The notes beneath the pieces are model-generated. The model had not been told where the DNA came from. It worked only from the letters and a program-made list of their open reading frames with translations, and searched no databases. Positions 10,224 to 20,298 of a stretch of 64,000 bases of DNA are shown piece after piece. Source of the DNA: Candidatus Poribacteria bacterium. GTDB taxonomy: Bacteria; Poribacteria; WGA-4E; WGA-3G. Made by a program: the position numbers and the translations under genes. The stretch is from assembly GCA_965242965.1 (NCBI GenBank), contig OZ251518.1, positions 3,744,001 through 3,808,000 on the forward strand, in the 5' to 3' direction. Positions within the stretch are counted from its first letter, which is position 1. Each line of letters starts with the position of its first letter.

Positions 10224-11225
10224 ATGTATGATATTCTTACCATCGGACGTAGTTCCTTGGATCTCTATGCGAATGACATCGGTGCCGCGTTTGCCGATAT
10301 TCGGAGTTTCGGCGCGTTCGTCGGGGGCTGCCCTACGAATATCAGCGTCGGCATCCAACGCCTCGGGCTCCGAGCCGCGCTCCTCACCGCTGTCGGCGAA
10401 GACCCGGTTGGCGAATTCCTGCTCAAGTTTTTGAGAAACGAAGGCGTGGAGACGCAGTTCATCGTGCACAAGCCGGGACACCGAACGAGTGCTGTCGTCC
10501 TCGGTATTGAACCGCCGGACCGGTTTCCGCTCATCTTTTATCGCGACAATTGCGCCGATATTGAGCTCACCATTGACGATGTCCTCGCCGCGCCGATTGC
10601 CGAAAGTCGAGCCGTGCTGATTAGCGGCACCGGGCTGAGCAAGGAGCCGAGTCGGAGTGCCACACTTTATGCCGCCGAAAAGGCGAAATCGGACGGAGCC
10701 GTGGTTTTCTTGGATCTGGATTTTCGGGCGGACCAGTGGCATGACCCGAGGGCGTTCGGCGTTGTCATTCGTTCTGTGTTGCCGCAGATTGACATCGCTA
10801 TCGGCACCGAAGAGGAAATCAAGGCGGCAACCTTGACGCATCTCTCGCAGCTCACGATTGCGCACTCCCAAATCTCGAATCCAGATATTAGGGGAGATAT
10901 TGCTGCGGCGATTGATACGCTTTTAAATGGCGGATTAAAGGCGTTAATAGTGAAGCGTGGTATTGAAGGCGCGGACATCCATTTAGCGAACGGGGAGAGG
11001 ATGCACGCCGCCCCTTTTCCCGTTGAGGTTTACAATACCCTCGGTGCCGGTGATGCGTTCGCCAGCGGCTTTATCTATGGTAACCTGAACGGGTGGAGTT
11101 GGGAGAAATCGGCGCGGTTTGGCAACGCAACCGGTGCGATTGTCGTTACTCGTCACGGCTGCGCCAATTTTATGCCGACGCTTCCCGAAGTGGAGGCATT
11201 TGTCGCCGAACGCGGCGGCCTGTGA
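10224..11225 (+). CDS. iolC: 5-dehydro-2-deoxygluconokinase
   Basis: PfkB motifs (GGCPTN, FYRDNCAD, DFRADQW, GAGDAFASG); adjacent to iolD. Confidence 0.93.
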   Translation: MYDILTIGRSSLDLYANDIGAAFADIRSFGAFVGGCPTNISVGIQRLGLRAALLTAVGEDPVGEFLLKFLRNEGVETQFIVHKPGHRTSAVVLGIEPPDRFPLIFYRDNCADIELTIDDVLAAPIAESRAVLISGTGLSKEPSRSATLYAAEKAKSDGAVVFLDLDFRADQWHDPRAFGVVIRSVLPQIDIAIGTEEEIKAATLTHLSQLTIAHSQISNPDIRGDIAAAIDTLLNGGLKALIVKRGIEGADIHLANGERMHAAPFPVEVYNTLGAGDAFASGFIYGNLNGWSWEKSARFGNATGAIVVTRHGCANFMPTLPEVEAFVAERGGL

Positions 11226-11285
11226 AGCAAAGAGAAGGGAAGAGAAGAGAAGGAAAGGGAAGAGAAGAGAATAGGAGGTATGTAT

Positions 11286-13151
11286 ATGAAAACACGAAAA
11301 CTCACAATGGGACAAGCCGTTGTCAAATTTCTGGAACAACAGTTCGTTGAGCGCGATGGCAACGAAATCCAATTCTTCGCTGGGATGTTTGGCATCTTCG
11401 GGCACGGCAACGTCGCCGGCATTGGACAGGCGTTGCATCAATACGCCGACTCGTTCCGTTTTTACCAGACGCGGAATGAGCAGTCAATGGTGCACACCGC
11501 CGCTGCGTTTGCCAAGATGAACAACCGGTTGCGCGCGCTTGCTTGCACTACGTCCATCGGGCCCGGCGCGACGAACATGCTTACCGGTGCTGCCGGCGCG
11601 ACGATTAACCGATTGCCGGTGCTTCTCCTGCCGGGTGATATTTTCTCAACCCGTCTCGTTGCACCGGTGTTGCAGCAGCTTGAATCGCCGAGTTCACAAG
11701 ACTTTTCGGTGAACGATTGCTTTAAACCGATTTCGCGCTATTGGGATAGAATCAATAGGCCGGAGCAGATTATCACCGCGATGCCGGAGGCGATGCGCGT
11801 GCTTACTTCACCGGCAGAAACCGGCGCAGTCACGCTCGCACTGCCGCAAGACGTGCAAGCGGAGGCTTATGACTATCCCGTTGAACTCTTTGAAAAGCGG
11901 GTTTATCCTATCCCGCGTCAGCGCGCCGATGTGAACGCGCTCAACCGCGCAGCCGCGTGGATTCGGGAGAGCAAACGGCCGCTCATCATCGCTGGCGGCG
12001 GTGTGATTTACAGCGAAGCGACAGCGCAGCTTGCCCGATTTGCAGAACAGACAGGGATACCTGTCGGCGAGACGTTTGCAGGAAAAGGTTCACTGCACTA
12101 TAATCATCCGCAGAACCTCGGTGCAATTGGGGCGACAGGGACACCGGGCGCGAACATCACTGCCCGCGAAGCAGACCTGGTTATTGCCCTCGGCACGCGC
12201 CTGAGCGATTTTACCACCGCCTCCAAAACGGCGTTCCAGAACCCGGATGTCCGTTTCATCGGTATCAACGTTGCGGCGTTTGATGCATTCAAACATGCCG
12301 CCTTGCCGCTCGTCGCCGACGCGCGCGTCACGCTGGAAGAGCTCGCTGTCGCTGTCGGAAACTATCGGGTGGATGCGGCTTACGCGGCGCGCATTACGAA
12401 CTATCGAGACGCATGGGAAGAAGAGGTGGAGCGGCTCTATCACCTTGGCCACGCGCCGTTGCCGAGTCAGAGCGAAGTCATCGGGATTGTGAACGAGGTG
12501 TCGCGTCCGGAAGATGTGATGGTATGCGCGGCTGGCAGTCTGCCGGGCGATTTGCATAAATTGTGGCGCGCGCGCAACCCCAAGCAGTTCCATCTGGAAT
12601 ACGGCTACTCGTGCATGGGCTACGAAATCGCAGGCGGACTCGGCATCAAAATGGCAGACCCGGGGCGCGATGTCTATGTCATGGTAGGCGACGGTTCCTA
12701 TCTGATGCTCGCGCAGGAAATCATCACCTCCATTCAGGAAGGTTACAAACTGATTGTGGTGTTGGTAAACAACGATGGGCATAGTAGCATCGGCGGTTTG
12801 TCGCGCGCGACCGGGGTGCAGGGGTTTGCCACCCGTTTTCGCTATCGCGAAGAGGCGAACGGGCAGCTGGAAGGCGAATTCTTGCCGGTAGATCTTGCCG
12901 CAAACGCCGCCAGCCTCGGCGCGAACGTCATTGAAGCGAAGACGTTGCAGCAGCTCAAATCGGCATTGCACGACGCGCGCGAAGCATCGCATACCACCGT
13001 GGTGAAGATTGACGTGGACTATTACGAGCAGGTCCCGCGGTATGAATCGTGGTGGGATGTGCCTATCGCGCAAGTCTCCGAAGTTGACTCCGCGCAGGCG
13101 GCGTATGAAGAATACGAAGTTGACAAACAGAAGGAACGGTATTTTCTGTAA
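11286..13151 (+). CDS. iolD: 3D-(3,5/4)-trihydroxycyclohexane-1,2-dione acylhydrolase
   Basis: GIFGHGNVAG, RNEQSM, EYGYSCMGYE, ThDP motif GDGSYLM...NN, WWDVP; AGGAGG 7 nt upstream of ATG 11286. Confidence 0.96.
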   Translation: MKTRKLTMGQAVVKFLEQQFVERDGNEIQFFAGMFGIFGHGNVAGIGQALHQYADSFRFYQTRNEQSMVHTAAAFAKMNNRLRALACTTSIGPGATNMLTGAAGATINRLPVLLLPGDIFSTRLVAPVLQQLESPSSQDFSVNDCFKPISRYWDRINRPEQIITAMPEAMRVLTSPAETGAVTLALPQDVQAEAYDYPVELFEKRVYPIPRQRADVNALNRAAAWIRESKRPLIIAGGGVIYSEATAQLARFAEQTGIPVGETFAGKGSLHYNHPQNLGAIGATGTPGANITAREADLVIALGTRLSDFTTASKTAFQNPDVRFIGINVAAFDAFKHAALPLVADARVTLEELAVAVGNYRVDAAYAARITNYRDAWEEEVERLYHLGHAPLPSQSEVIGIVNEVSRPEDVMVCAAGSLPGDLHKLWRARNPKQFHLEYGYSCMGYEIAGGLGIKMADPGRDVYVMVGDGSYLMLAQEIITSIQEGYKLIVVLVNNDGHSSIGGLSRATGVQGFATRFRYREEANGQLEGEFLPVDLAANAASLGANVIEAKTLQQLKSALHDAREASHTTVVKIDVDYYEQVPRYESWWDVPIAQVSEVDSAQAAYEEYEVDKQKERYFL

Positions 13152-13201
13152 ACACCGGCACTGCCGGTAGGCGCGGTTTCAAACCGCGTCTATCGGGTTT
13201 T

Positions 13202-13456
13202 ATGAAAAGGAAAACGATGAAAGCATCAGAACTTTTAGCAAAAGTCAAAGCGGGGGAAGCCATTCCGTGCGGTAATTGCGATGGAACAATCCCCGCAGAC
13301 CAGGTTTTAGGGTTTGTCTTTAAACGCGGTGAACTGGCACCGCGCATGGAGAACGCCAACGTCGGCGACATTACATGCGTGCCGTGCCAAACCGCTGATG
13401 AGGATATTAAAATTACGCCTCGGGGCCCGGATATTAAGTTCATCCGTGGACATTAG
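13202..13456 (+). CDS. Small hypothetical protein with two CxxC motifs
   Basis: CGNC ... CVPC; true start may be ATG 13217. Confidence 0.6.
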   Translation: MKRKTMKASELLAKVKAGEAIPCGNCDGTIPADQVLGFVFKRGELAPRMENANVGDITCVPCQTADEDIKITPRGPDIKFIRGH

Positions 13457-13464
13457 AGGTTTCC

Positions 13465-13739
13465 GCTTCGTTCGTAGCGCGGGGGCCTGTCCCCCGCATT
13501 CGTTGCAAGGCGAGGGAGATCCGTAGGCATCAGGTGGTTTCCCTTTTGTTCGTAGCGCGGGGGCCTGTCCCCCGCGTTCGTTGGACGAACCTGAGTAGGA
13601 GAGACCTCCTGGTCTCGATTCCCCGCGTTCGTTTCCCGGCGAGGAACTCTAGGGGTTTCTTCGTTCGTAGCGCGGGGGCCTGTCCCCCGCGAATGTCGGG
13701 GTGCGCGGACGATGGCGAGGGACAGGCCCTCGCCCTACA
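13465..13739. repeat. Cluster of GTAG-REP hairpins (BIME-like)
   Basis: GTAGCGCGGGGGCCTGTCCCCCGC three times, one GTAGGAGAGACC hairpin and an inverted GGCGAGGGACAGGCCCTCGCCCTAC. Confidence 0.85.
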
Positions 13740-13745
13740 GTAATG

Positions 13746-14145
13746 TGAGGGTGTTTCATATATCAATGTCTTCCCGGTAGGAGAGACCTCCCGGTCTCGA
13801 TGCATGCCGGTAGGAGAGACTTCTAGTCTCGATGTTCCCGTAGCGCGGGGGCCCTCGGATGCCATACGCGCATCCGAGAGGGTTTCCCCCGCGAGCTCCA
13901 TCGTCAAGTTATGTTTTTAGGTCCGTTAGGACCTACATGTCTATAGCAACACGTGTCGTTCCGTTGTCAAGGTCCTTTAGGACCTTAATAAAACACGCGG
14001 CCTGTCAAAAGTTATTAAGGACCTAAAGGACCTTAGGGTTCATCGCGGGCGCGTGCTATAGACATTCAGGTCCTACAGACCTGAAGAGAACAAGAGACGT
14101 TTTTTCCGTGAAGGCTCTCTTACACAGGTTTATGAAACACCCTCA
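13746..14145. mobile_element. MITE-like shell with REP cargo
   Basis: Perfect 15-bp TIRs TGAGGGTGTTTCATA / TATGAAACACCCTCA; GTAATG duplicated on both flanks. Confidence 0.85.
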
Positions 14146-14156
14146 GTAATGTGGCT

Positions 14157-14897
14157 ATGGCAGAACAGATCGTTGGCAGGAACCCAGTCATAGAACTCTT
14201 GCGGCGTGGGACGCGCGAGATAGAGAACATCTGGATTGCCGAGGGGCACAACCACCCGCGCATCCGTCAAATTATCAGCATGGCGGAACGAAACGGCGTT
14301 CGCTATCAACGGTGTCCGCAGCAGCACTTGAACGTGCTGGAGCCCAATGTGCCGCACCAAGGCGTTATTGCCACGGTAAGCCGCACACGCTATTCGGAAC
14401 TGCCGATGCTTCTGAAGAAGGTGCAGCGTCGCAACAAGCCGGCATTGTTCGTCATGCTGGATTGCGTTCAAGACCCGAGGAACCTCGGCGCGATTCTCCG
14501 AACCGCGGCGGCGACAGATGTAGACGCGGTGCTGATTCCGAAAAACAACGCCGTGGGTGTCACCCCGGCTGTCCACAAAGCATCAGCCGGTGCGTCTGAC
14601 GCTGTGCCGATTGCCAAAGTGACTAACGTTGCGCGCACGCTTGAGACGCTCAAGGCCGCGGGCGTGTGGGTTGTCGGCTCCGCTGAGGATGCCGAACTTG
14701 CATATACCGATGCCGATTTGACGGTGCCGTTATGCCTCGTCTTAGGCGGTGAAGCGGATGGCATCCGGCGGCTCGTCAAGCAGAAATGCGACTACCTCGT
14801 CCGGCTCCCGACGTTAGGACAAATTGCGTCGCTCAACGTCTCGGTAGCGGCAGGCGTGCTGCTTTACGAGGCGTTACGGCAGCGCGAGGTGATATAG
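14157..14897 (+). CDS. rlmB: 23S rRNA Gm2251 2'-O-methyltransferase
   Basis: GRNPV, HQGV, QDPRNLGAILRTA, KASAGA, SLNVSVAAG SPOUT motifs. Confidence 0.93.
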   Translation: MAEQIVGRNPVIELLRRGTREIENIWIAEGHNHPRIRQIISMAERNGVRYQRCPQQHLNVLEPNVPHQGVIATVSRTRYSELPMLLKKVQRRNKPALFVMLDCVQDPRNLGAILRTAAATDVDAVLIPKNNAVGVTPAVHKASAGASDAVPIAKVTNVARTLETLKAAGVWVVGSAEDAELAYTDADLTVPLCLVLGGEADGIRRLVKQKCDYLVRLPTLGQIASLNVSVAAGVLLYEALRQREVI

Positions 14898-14911
14898 GCG
14901 TGTGTGCGCGC

Positions 14912-15419
14912 TGTAGGAGAGACCTCCCGGTCTCGATGCAATAGGGCTGCGCGCCTCCCGGGGCCTCGGCGGCAGAAAGCCCCCTTCATCGTAGGCGTGG
15001 GCCCTCGCAGGTTTCCACACGCGCCTGCGAGCGGGTTTTCCTCGCCATTGTCCGCGCAATCCAACGCGCGCGGGGGACAGGCCCCCACACTACGAAAAAA
15101 ACGTCTCTTAGGTCCGTAGGACCTTAATGTCTATAGCACGCTCGCCTGCGAAGAATGCTAAGGTCCTTTAGGTCCTTAATAGGTTTTGCCATGTGGCGCG
15201 TGTTTTTATTAAGGACCTAAAGGACCTTGAAAACGGCACGACCTGTGTTTCTATAGACATGTAGGTCCTAAAGGACCTAAAACGCCACCTCTTGACAATG
15301 GAGATTGCGGGGGACAGGCCCCCGCGCTACGGGCACATCGAGACCAGGAGGTCTCTCCTACCGGAAATCGAGCCCCGAGGTCTCTCCTACCGAACACATC
15401 GAAATATGAAACACCCTCA
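14912..15419. repeat. REP mosaic with right TIR only
   Basis: Same hairpin modules; ends in TATGAAACACCCTCA (15405-15419), whose TCA supplies the radC stop. Confidence 0.8.
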
Positions 15420-16151
15420 AATAAATCCTTCCTCCTTCAGACTGACGAAGACACCGTCGCCGATGATGACGTGATCCAGCACCTTAATGCCGATGTGATT
15501 TCCCGCTTCGATGAGTTGTTTCGTCGCACGGATGTCCTCTTGACTCGGCTGCGCATCGCCTGAGGGATGGTTATGCGCGAGGACGATGGAATTCGCCGAT
15601 TCCTCAATCGCGAAGCGGAAGATTTCGCGCGGATGAAAGACGCTAGCGTTGAGCGTGCCTTCAAAAATCGTGGTTTCTGCAAGTTTCTTGCCCCAGCCGA
15701 CATCGCCAGCGACACCTTTCGTTGTGACACCGCCTTTTGTGTCAAGGCAGAGCACACAGACGATTTCTTTTTTCAGGTAGCGCATTTTGGACATCAGCAG
15801 GTCAGCCACATCGCTTGGGGCGGTAATTTTCTCGCGTTCGCCGTGGAAGCGTGCCAGCCGTTTGCCGAGTTCCAGCGCGGCGACGATTTCCGCGGCTTTC
15901 GCTTTGCCGACACCTTTGATTTTCTCGAACCGCTGCGCGCGGGTATCCGCCATCTCCTTCAGATCGCCCTGATAAGCGACGAGTATCTGTTCGCCGAGTT
16001 CAAGAGCGGTAGTGCCTTTAAAACCGCTTTTGAGCAAGATCGCGAGGAGTTCGGAGTCTTTCAGGGTTTCGGGTCCGTGTTTCAGTAGCCGCTCGCGCGG
16101 ACGTTCGTCTGCCGGCAGGTCCTTCATGCGTGGACGAGTTGCGTTATACAT
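15417..16151 (-). CDS. radC: RadC (UPF0758, JAB domain) protein
   Basis: ERPRERL, HPREIF, HNHPSG...PSQED, LDHVIIG. Confidence 0.95.
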   Translation of the reverse strand: MYNATRPRMKDLPADERPRERLLKHGPETLKDSELLAILLKSGFKGTTALELGEQILVAYQGDLKEMADTRAQRFEKIKGVGKAKAAEIVAALELGKRLARFHGEREKITAPSDVADLLMSKMRYLKKEIVCVLCLDTKGGVTTKGVAGDVGWGKKLAETTIFEGTLNASVFHPREIFRFAIEESANSIVLAHNHPSGDAQPSQEDIRATKQLIEAGNHIGIKVLDHVIIGDGVFVSLKEEGFI

Positions 16152-16387
16152 TGCATTCCTTTCAGTTAATAGAAAATGTTAAGGATAGTATACCTATTTT
16201 TCGAGATAAATGCAAACGGTTTTTTTCCCTTGACATTTTCTGCAGGGAGATGTTATCATTGCAAGCGCGCTTGTGAAGCGTTACGTCCGCGAATCAGGGA
16301 GCGAGCTTGTCAACTTCCTTTTCGCGAACGTCCCTTTGAAACATACAGAGAAGAACGTCATTGCACCGACAACCGTTAGTGAACGCC

Positions 16388-19300
16388 ATGCGAACAACAA
16401 AAACACTCAACATAAAACCGCACCACAAAGCGATAACCGTCTATTACGATGCGCTTGAGCGGTATCACCAGCACGGAGTCACCCACGAAACTGCCGGGCG
16501 CGCTGCTTTTCAAGCACTCCTTGAAGCCTGCGCGCGACAGAAGAATTGGACGCTCGTCTGTGAATACACGCTCCGACTTCCGGTGGGTTCGCGGGGGACA
16601 GACCCACGCGCTGCGGGGAAACACAGCACCCTCATCCGTCTTGACGGTGTCCTGCTTGACGCGTATAACCTCCCCTGCGGTACCTGGGAGGCGAAAGGCA
16701 TTCAAGGCAATCTGGCTACCGAAGCCCGGCGGAAGTTTGATGCCGGCTACCCCCAGGATAACATCCTCTTTCAAACCCCGGAACGTGCGATGTTGTATCA
16801 GCACGGAGCCCTCGTGCTTGACGAGGACATCACGAACCGGGAGAACCTCGTCGCTGTCCTCAAACGCTTTTTTGCCTACGAACGCGAACATGCCGCCGAG
16901 TGGGAAGCCGCTGTCACCGAATTTCGGGACATTGTCCCGGCCCTGAAGCGCGAGGCGGCGGAACTCATCCAAGCCCAACATCGCACGAGTGCCCGGTTCC
17001 AAACAGCCTTCGCCAATTTCCATCGGCTCTGCCAAGCAGCGATTAACCCGAACCTCTCCGAAGCAGCGGTGAAGGAGATGCTCATCCAGCACCTTTTAAC
17101 GGAACGAACGTTTCGCACCGTTTTTGGGAATCCGGACTTTACGCAGCGCAATATTATTGCACGCGAAATTGAGAAGGTTATCAGAGCACTCACCGAGGAT
17201 GCGTTCAGCCGGGACGAATTCCTCAAAAATCTGAACCCTTTCTACCAAGCGATTGAACGAGAAGCTGTCACCCTCGTCGATTTCTCGCAAAAACAGCACT
17301 TCCTGAATACCGTCTACGAACAGTTTTTTCAGGGCGATTCTGCTGAAATCGCCGATACGCACGGTATCGTCTATACCCCGCAGCCTATCGTCGATTTCAT
17401 GGTGAAGAGCGTGGACTATCTGCTCCAAACCAAATTCGAGCGTTCTCTGTCCGAGGCGGGCGTGCACATCATCGACCCGTTTGTGGGCACCGGCAATTTC
17501 ATCGTTCGGCTGATGCACGAGATAGACAGGTTCCAGTTAGAGGCAAAATACCGTTCGGAACTCTGGTGCAACGAGGTGTTGCTGCTGCCGTATTACATCG
17601 CGAGTATCAACATTGAGCACGAATTTTACGCCGCCATCGGAAAGTATCTCCCGTTTGAAGGCATCTCCCTTGTGGATACGTTTGATTTGGCGGAAGCCCG
17701 GCAGTTGTCGCTCTTAACGCAGGAGAATACCGCGCGCGTGGAGAGACAGAAAGCATCGCCGATGTTTGTCATCATCGGTAATCCGCCCTATAACATCGGG
17801 CAGAAAAACGAGAACGATAACAACAAAAACCGCAAGTATCCGACGATGGATAAGCGGGTGCGTGAAACCTACTCGCGCGACTCGGCTGCGGCCAGTAAAA
17901 AAGCCTTGGGGGATCTGTATGTCAAAGCGATTCGCTGGGCATCGGATAGAATCGGCGAAGCGGGGATTATCGCGTTCGTGACGAACCACAGTTTTCTTGA
18001 AGGCATCTCCTTTGATGGCATGCGGAAACATCTCGCGGCAGATTTTGACGCGCTCTATGTGGTAGACCTCGGGGGGAATGTCCGGCAAGGGCAACCGGGA
18101 GATGCGAATGTGTTTGGAATTCAGTGTGGTGTGTGCATTACCCTTTTTGTGAAAAGAAAACAGGCAACCCCCAAGTCGCCTCGCATCCTTTACAACGGGG
18201 AGACGCGACTCCAGAACAAATCGCAGACTTTTGAATTTTTGGAGAAATGCCAGCATGTAGGCAATGTGACGTGGCAGCAGATTCAACCTGATGCCAGACA
18301 TACATGGATTACCAGCGGCCTTCACTCGGAATTTGGCACGTTCGTTCCAATCGGCATCAAAAAAGCGAGGAAAGAAACCGATGCATCTGTCCCTGCGATT
18401 TTTCACAAATTCGGGCTCGGATTGCAAACGGCTCGGGACGCTTGGCTTTACAATTTTAACCACGACACCCTCATCCAAAACGTCAAGGCTACTATTGATA
18501 CCTACAACGCTCAGGTATTTGGTTGGGAGCGGCGAACAAATCCGGACATATCTGTTGATGATTTTGTCTTGGACGATGGAACAAAAATCAAGTGGAGCTC
18601 GGGGTTGAAAAGGAAACTGATGAGCGGACAAACCGCGGCATTTGCCGACGAGAAAATCCGGGAGGCAATCTACCGACCCTTCACGAAAACGAATCTGTTT
18701 TTTGACAGAACGCTCAATCATATCGTGTCCGTGTTTCCGAGCACTTTTCCGACACCAGCGACAGAGACAGAAAACCAGGTCATCTGGCTCAAAACCGGCA
18801 GGACCTGGCCGATGTTCGCGCTCATGGTAAACAAAATTCCCGACATACTTCCGCAAGGTGCCTCACAGTGCTTCCCCTTCTACGTCTACGATGAAGATGG
18901 CACTAACCGCCGCGAAAACATTACCGATTGGGCGTTGCAAAACTTCCGCGCGCATTACGGCGACGATGCCATCACCAAGTGGGACATCTTCAACTATACG
19001 TATGGCATCCTGCACCATCCTGGGTATCGCCAACGTTACGCGGCAGACCTGGGGCGCGATTTGCCGCATATCCCCTACGCCGAGGATTTCTGGGCATTTG
19101 CGAATGCCGGGGCGCAGTTAGCGGAGATTCACGTGAATTACGAGGCGCAGCCGCAATATCCGCTCACGTTCATCACGAAACCGGACGCACCACTCAATTT
19201 GCGCGTGGAAAAAATGCAATTGTCCAAAGACCGGACGCAACTGAAATACAACGAGTTTCTCACGTTGGCGGGAATTCCGGCGGCAGCGTTTGCGTATCGG

Positions 19301-19498
19301 TTAGGGAATCGTTCGGCGTTGGACTGGCTCATCGAGGGGTATCAGGTGAAGACAGATGATCGGAGTCAACTTGTCAACGATGCGAACAACGCGGCGAAGC
19401 CACGGTATATCGTGGAACTCATCGGTTCTGTCATCACGGTGAGTCTGAAGACGCAGGAGATTGTTGCAGGGTTACCTGAAATGTTCCGTGGTCCGTAG
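16388..19498 (+). CDS. Single-chain restriction-modification enzyme (Type IIG/ISP-like, no helicase)
   Basis: N-terminal D...WEAK nuclease-like motif; GIVYTP, DPFVGTGNF and IGNPPY methyltransferase motifs; LlaBIII-like C-terminus (YRPF, DLPHIP, LGNRSALDW). Confidence 0.85.
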   Translation: MRTTKTLNIKPHHKAITVYYDALERYHQHGVTHETAGRAAFQALLEACARQKNWTLVCEYTLRLPVGSRGTDPRAAGKHSTLIRLDGVLLDAYNLPCGTWEAKGIQGNLATEARRKFDAGYPQDNILFQTPERAMLYQHGALVLDEDITNRENLVAVLKRFFAYEREHAAEWEAAVTEFRDIVPALKREAAELIQAQHRTSARFQTAFANFHRLCQAAINPNLSEAAVKEMLIQHLLTERTFRTVFGNPDFTQRNIIAREIEKVIRALTEDAFSRDEFLKNLNPFYQAIEREAVTLVDFSQKQHFLNTVYEQFFQGDSAEIADTHGIVYTPQPIVDFMVKSVDYLLQTKFERSLSEAGVHIIDPFVGTGNFIVRLMHEIDRFQLEAKYRSELWCNEVLLLPYYIASINIEHEFYAAIGKYLPFEGISLVDTFDLAEARQLSLLTQENTARVERQKASPMFVIIGNPPYNIGQKNENDNNKNRKYPTMDKRVRETYSRDSAAASKKALGDLYVKAIRWASDRIGEAGIIAFVTNHSFLEGISFDGMRKHLAADFDALYVVDLGGNVRQGQPGDANVFGIQCGVCITLFVKRKQATPKSPRILYNGETRLQNKSQTFEFLEKCQHVGNVTWQQIQPDARHTWITSGLHSEFGTFVPIGIKKARKETDASVPAIFHKFGLGLQTARDAWLYNFNHDTLIQNVKATIDTYNAQVFGWERRTNPDISVDDFVLDDGTKIKWSSGLKRKLMSGQTAAFADEKIREAIYRPFTKTNLFFDRTLNHIVSVFPSTFPTPATETENQVIWLKTGRTWPMFALMVNKIPDILPQGASQCFPFYVYDEDGTNRRENITDWALQNFRAHYGDDAITKWDIFNYTYGILHHPGYRQRYAADLGRDLPHIPYAEDFWAFANAGAQLAEIHVNYEAQPQYPLTFITKPDAPLNLRVEKMQLSKDRTQLKYNEFLTLAGIPAAAFAYRLGNRSALDWLIEGYQVKTDDRSQLVNDANNAAKPRYIVELIGSVITVSLKTQEIVAGLPEMFRGP

Positions 19499-19551
19499 TC
19501 CCGACGCGTGCTGGAGCCTGTTCCCGGCACGATATCTGAGGAGGAAAAAAC

Positions 19552-19941
19552 ATGCAATTAACCAAACCCATACTAACCATCGCATTGATACTTTTATCGC
19601 TCAGCATCGGATGCGATAGGACGGACACAATCAACACCCTCATCACGCCCGGCGAGGAGAACACGGAGATTCTTATCATCGGGCCCTATACCGAAACCTG
19701 CCAAGGTCTCATCGAGCAAACCTGCTTCCTTGAATTCAACGAGGAGGCGCAAGAATGGCATCTTTTCTATGAAAACATTCAAGGGTTTGACTACGAGCCG
19801 GGGTTCATCTGGACGCTCAAGGTGAGGCTGGAAGACCGGGGAACCGAGATTCAGGATGTCGGACGCTACGCCTATCATCTCGTGGAGGTGTTGAGCAAGA
19901 AGGCGGCATCATCGGATGAGATGCCGCCGCCGATTCCGTAA
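19552..19941 (+). CDS. DUF4377-domain lipoprotein
   Basis: Lipobox SIGC; C-x-G-x5-C and FYENIQGFDYEPG motifs; GAGGAG ribosome-binding site. Confidence 0.8.
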   Translation: MQLTKPILTIALILLSLSIGCDRTDTINTLITPGEENTEILIIGPYTETCQGLIEQTCFLEFNEEAQEWHLFYENIQGFDYEPGFIWTLKVRLEDRGTEIQDVGRYAYHLVEVLSKKAASSDEMPPPIP

Positions 19942-19947
19942 GTAATC

Positions 19948-20263
19948 TGAGGGTGTTTCATAAATCTGTGTAGAGTCCCCTTCACCGTAGGGCGAGGGCC
20001 TGTCCCTCGCCATGCCCGGACCCTATAAAAGACCGTAGTTCGGGAGCGCCCGCTCCCGAACGGGTCAAGATCAGGCGATCTTGACCTACAGAATGGGCCC
20101 AACGCTCGCGGGGGACAGGCCCCCGCGCTACGGGTACATCGAGACTAGAGGGCTCTCCTACAAGAACATCGCTGGCATCGAGACCAGGAGGTCTCTCCTA
20201 CCGGGGATACATCGAGCCCCGAGGTCTCTCCTACCGAACGCATCGATTTATGAAACACCCTCA
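19948..20263. mobile_element. MITE-like shell with REP cargo
   Basis: Perfect 15-bp TIRs; flanks AGTAATC / AATAATC (7 bp, one mismatch). Confidence 0.8.
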
Positions 20264-20298
20264 AATAATCTCCGAAAAATCGCGCGTTGTAACCGCGC

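Noticed and set aside
12090-13073. Long antisense ORFs (also 17714-18856, 51385-52242, 54797-55939)
   Set aside because: They are shadows of well-supported genes on the opposite strand, as expected in GC-rich DNA.
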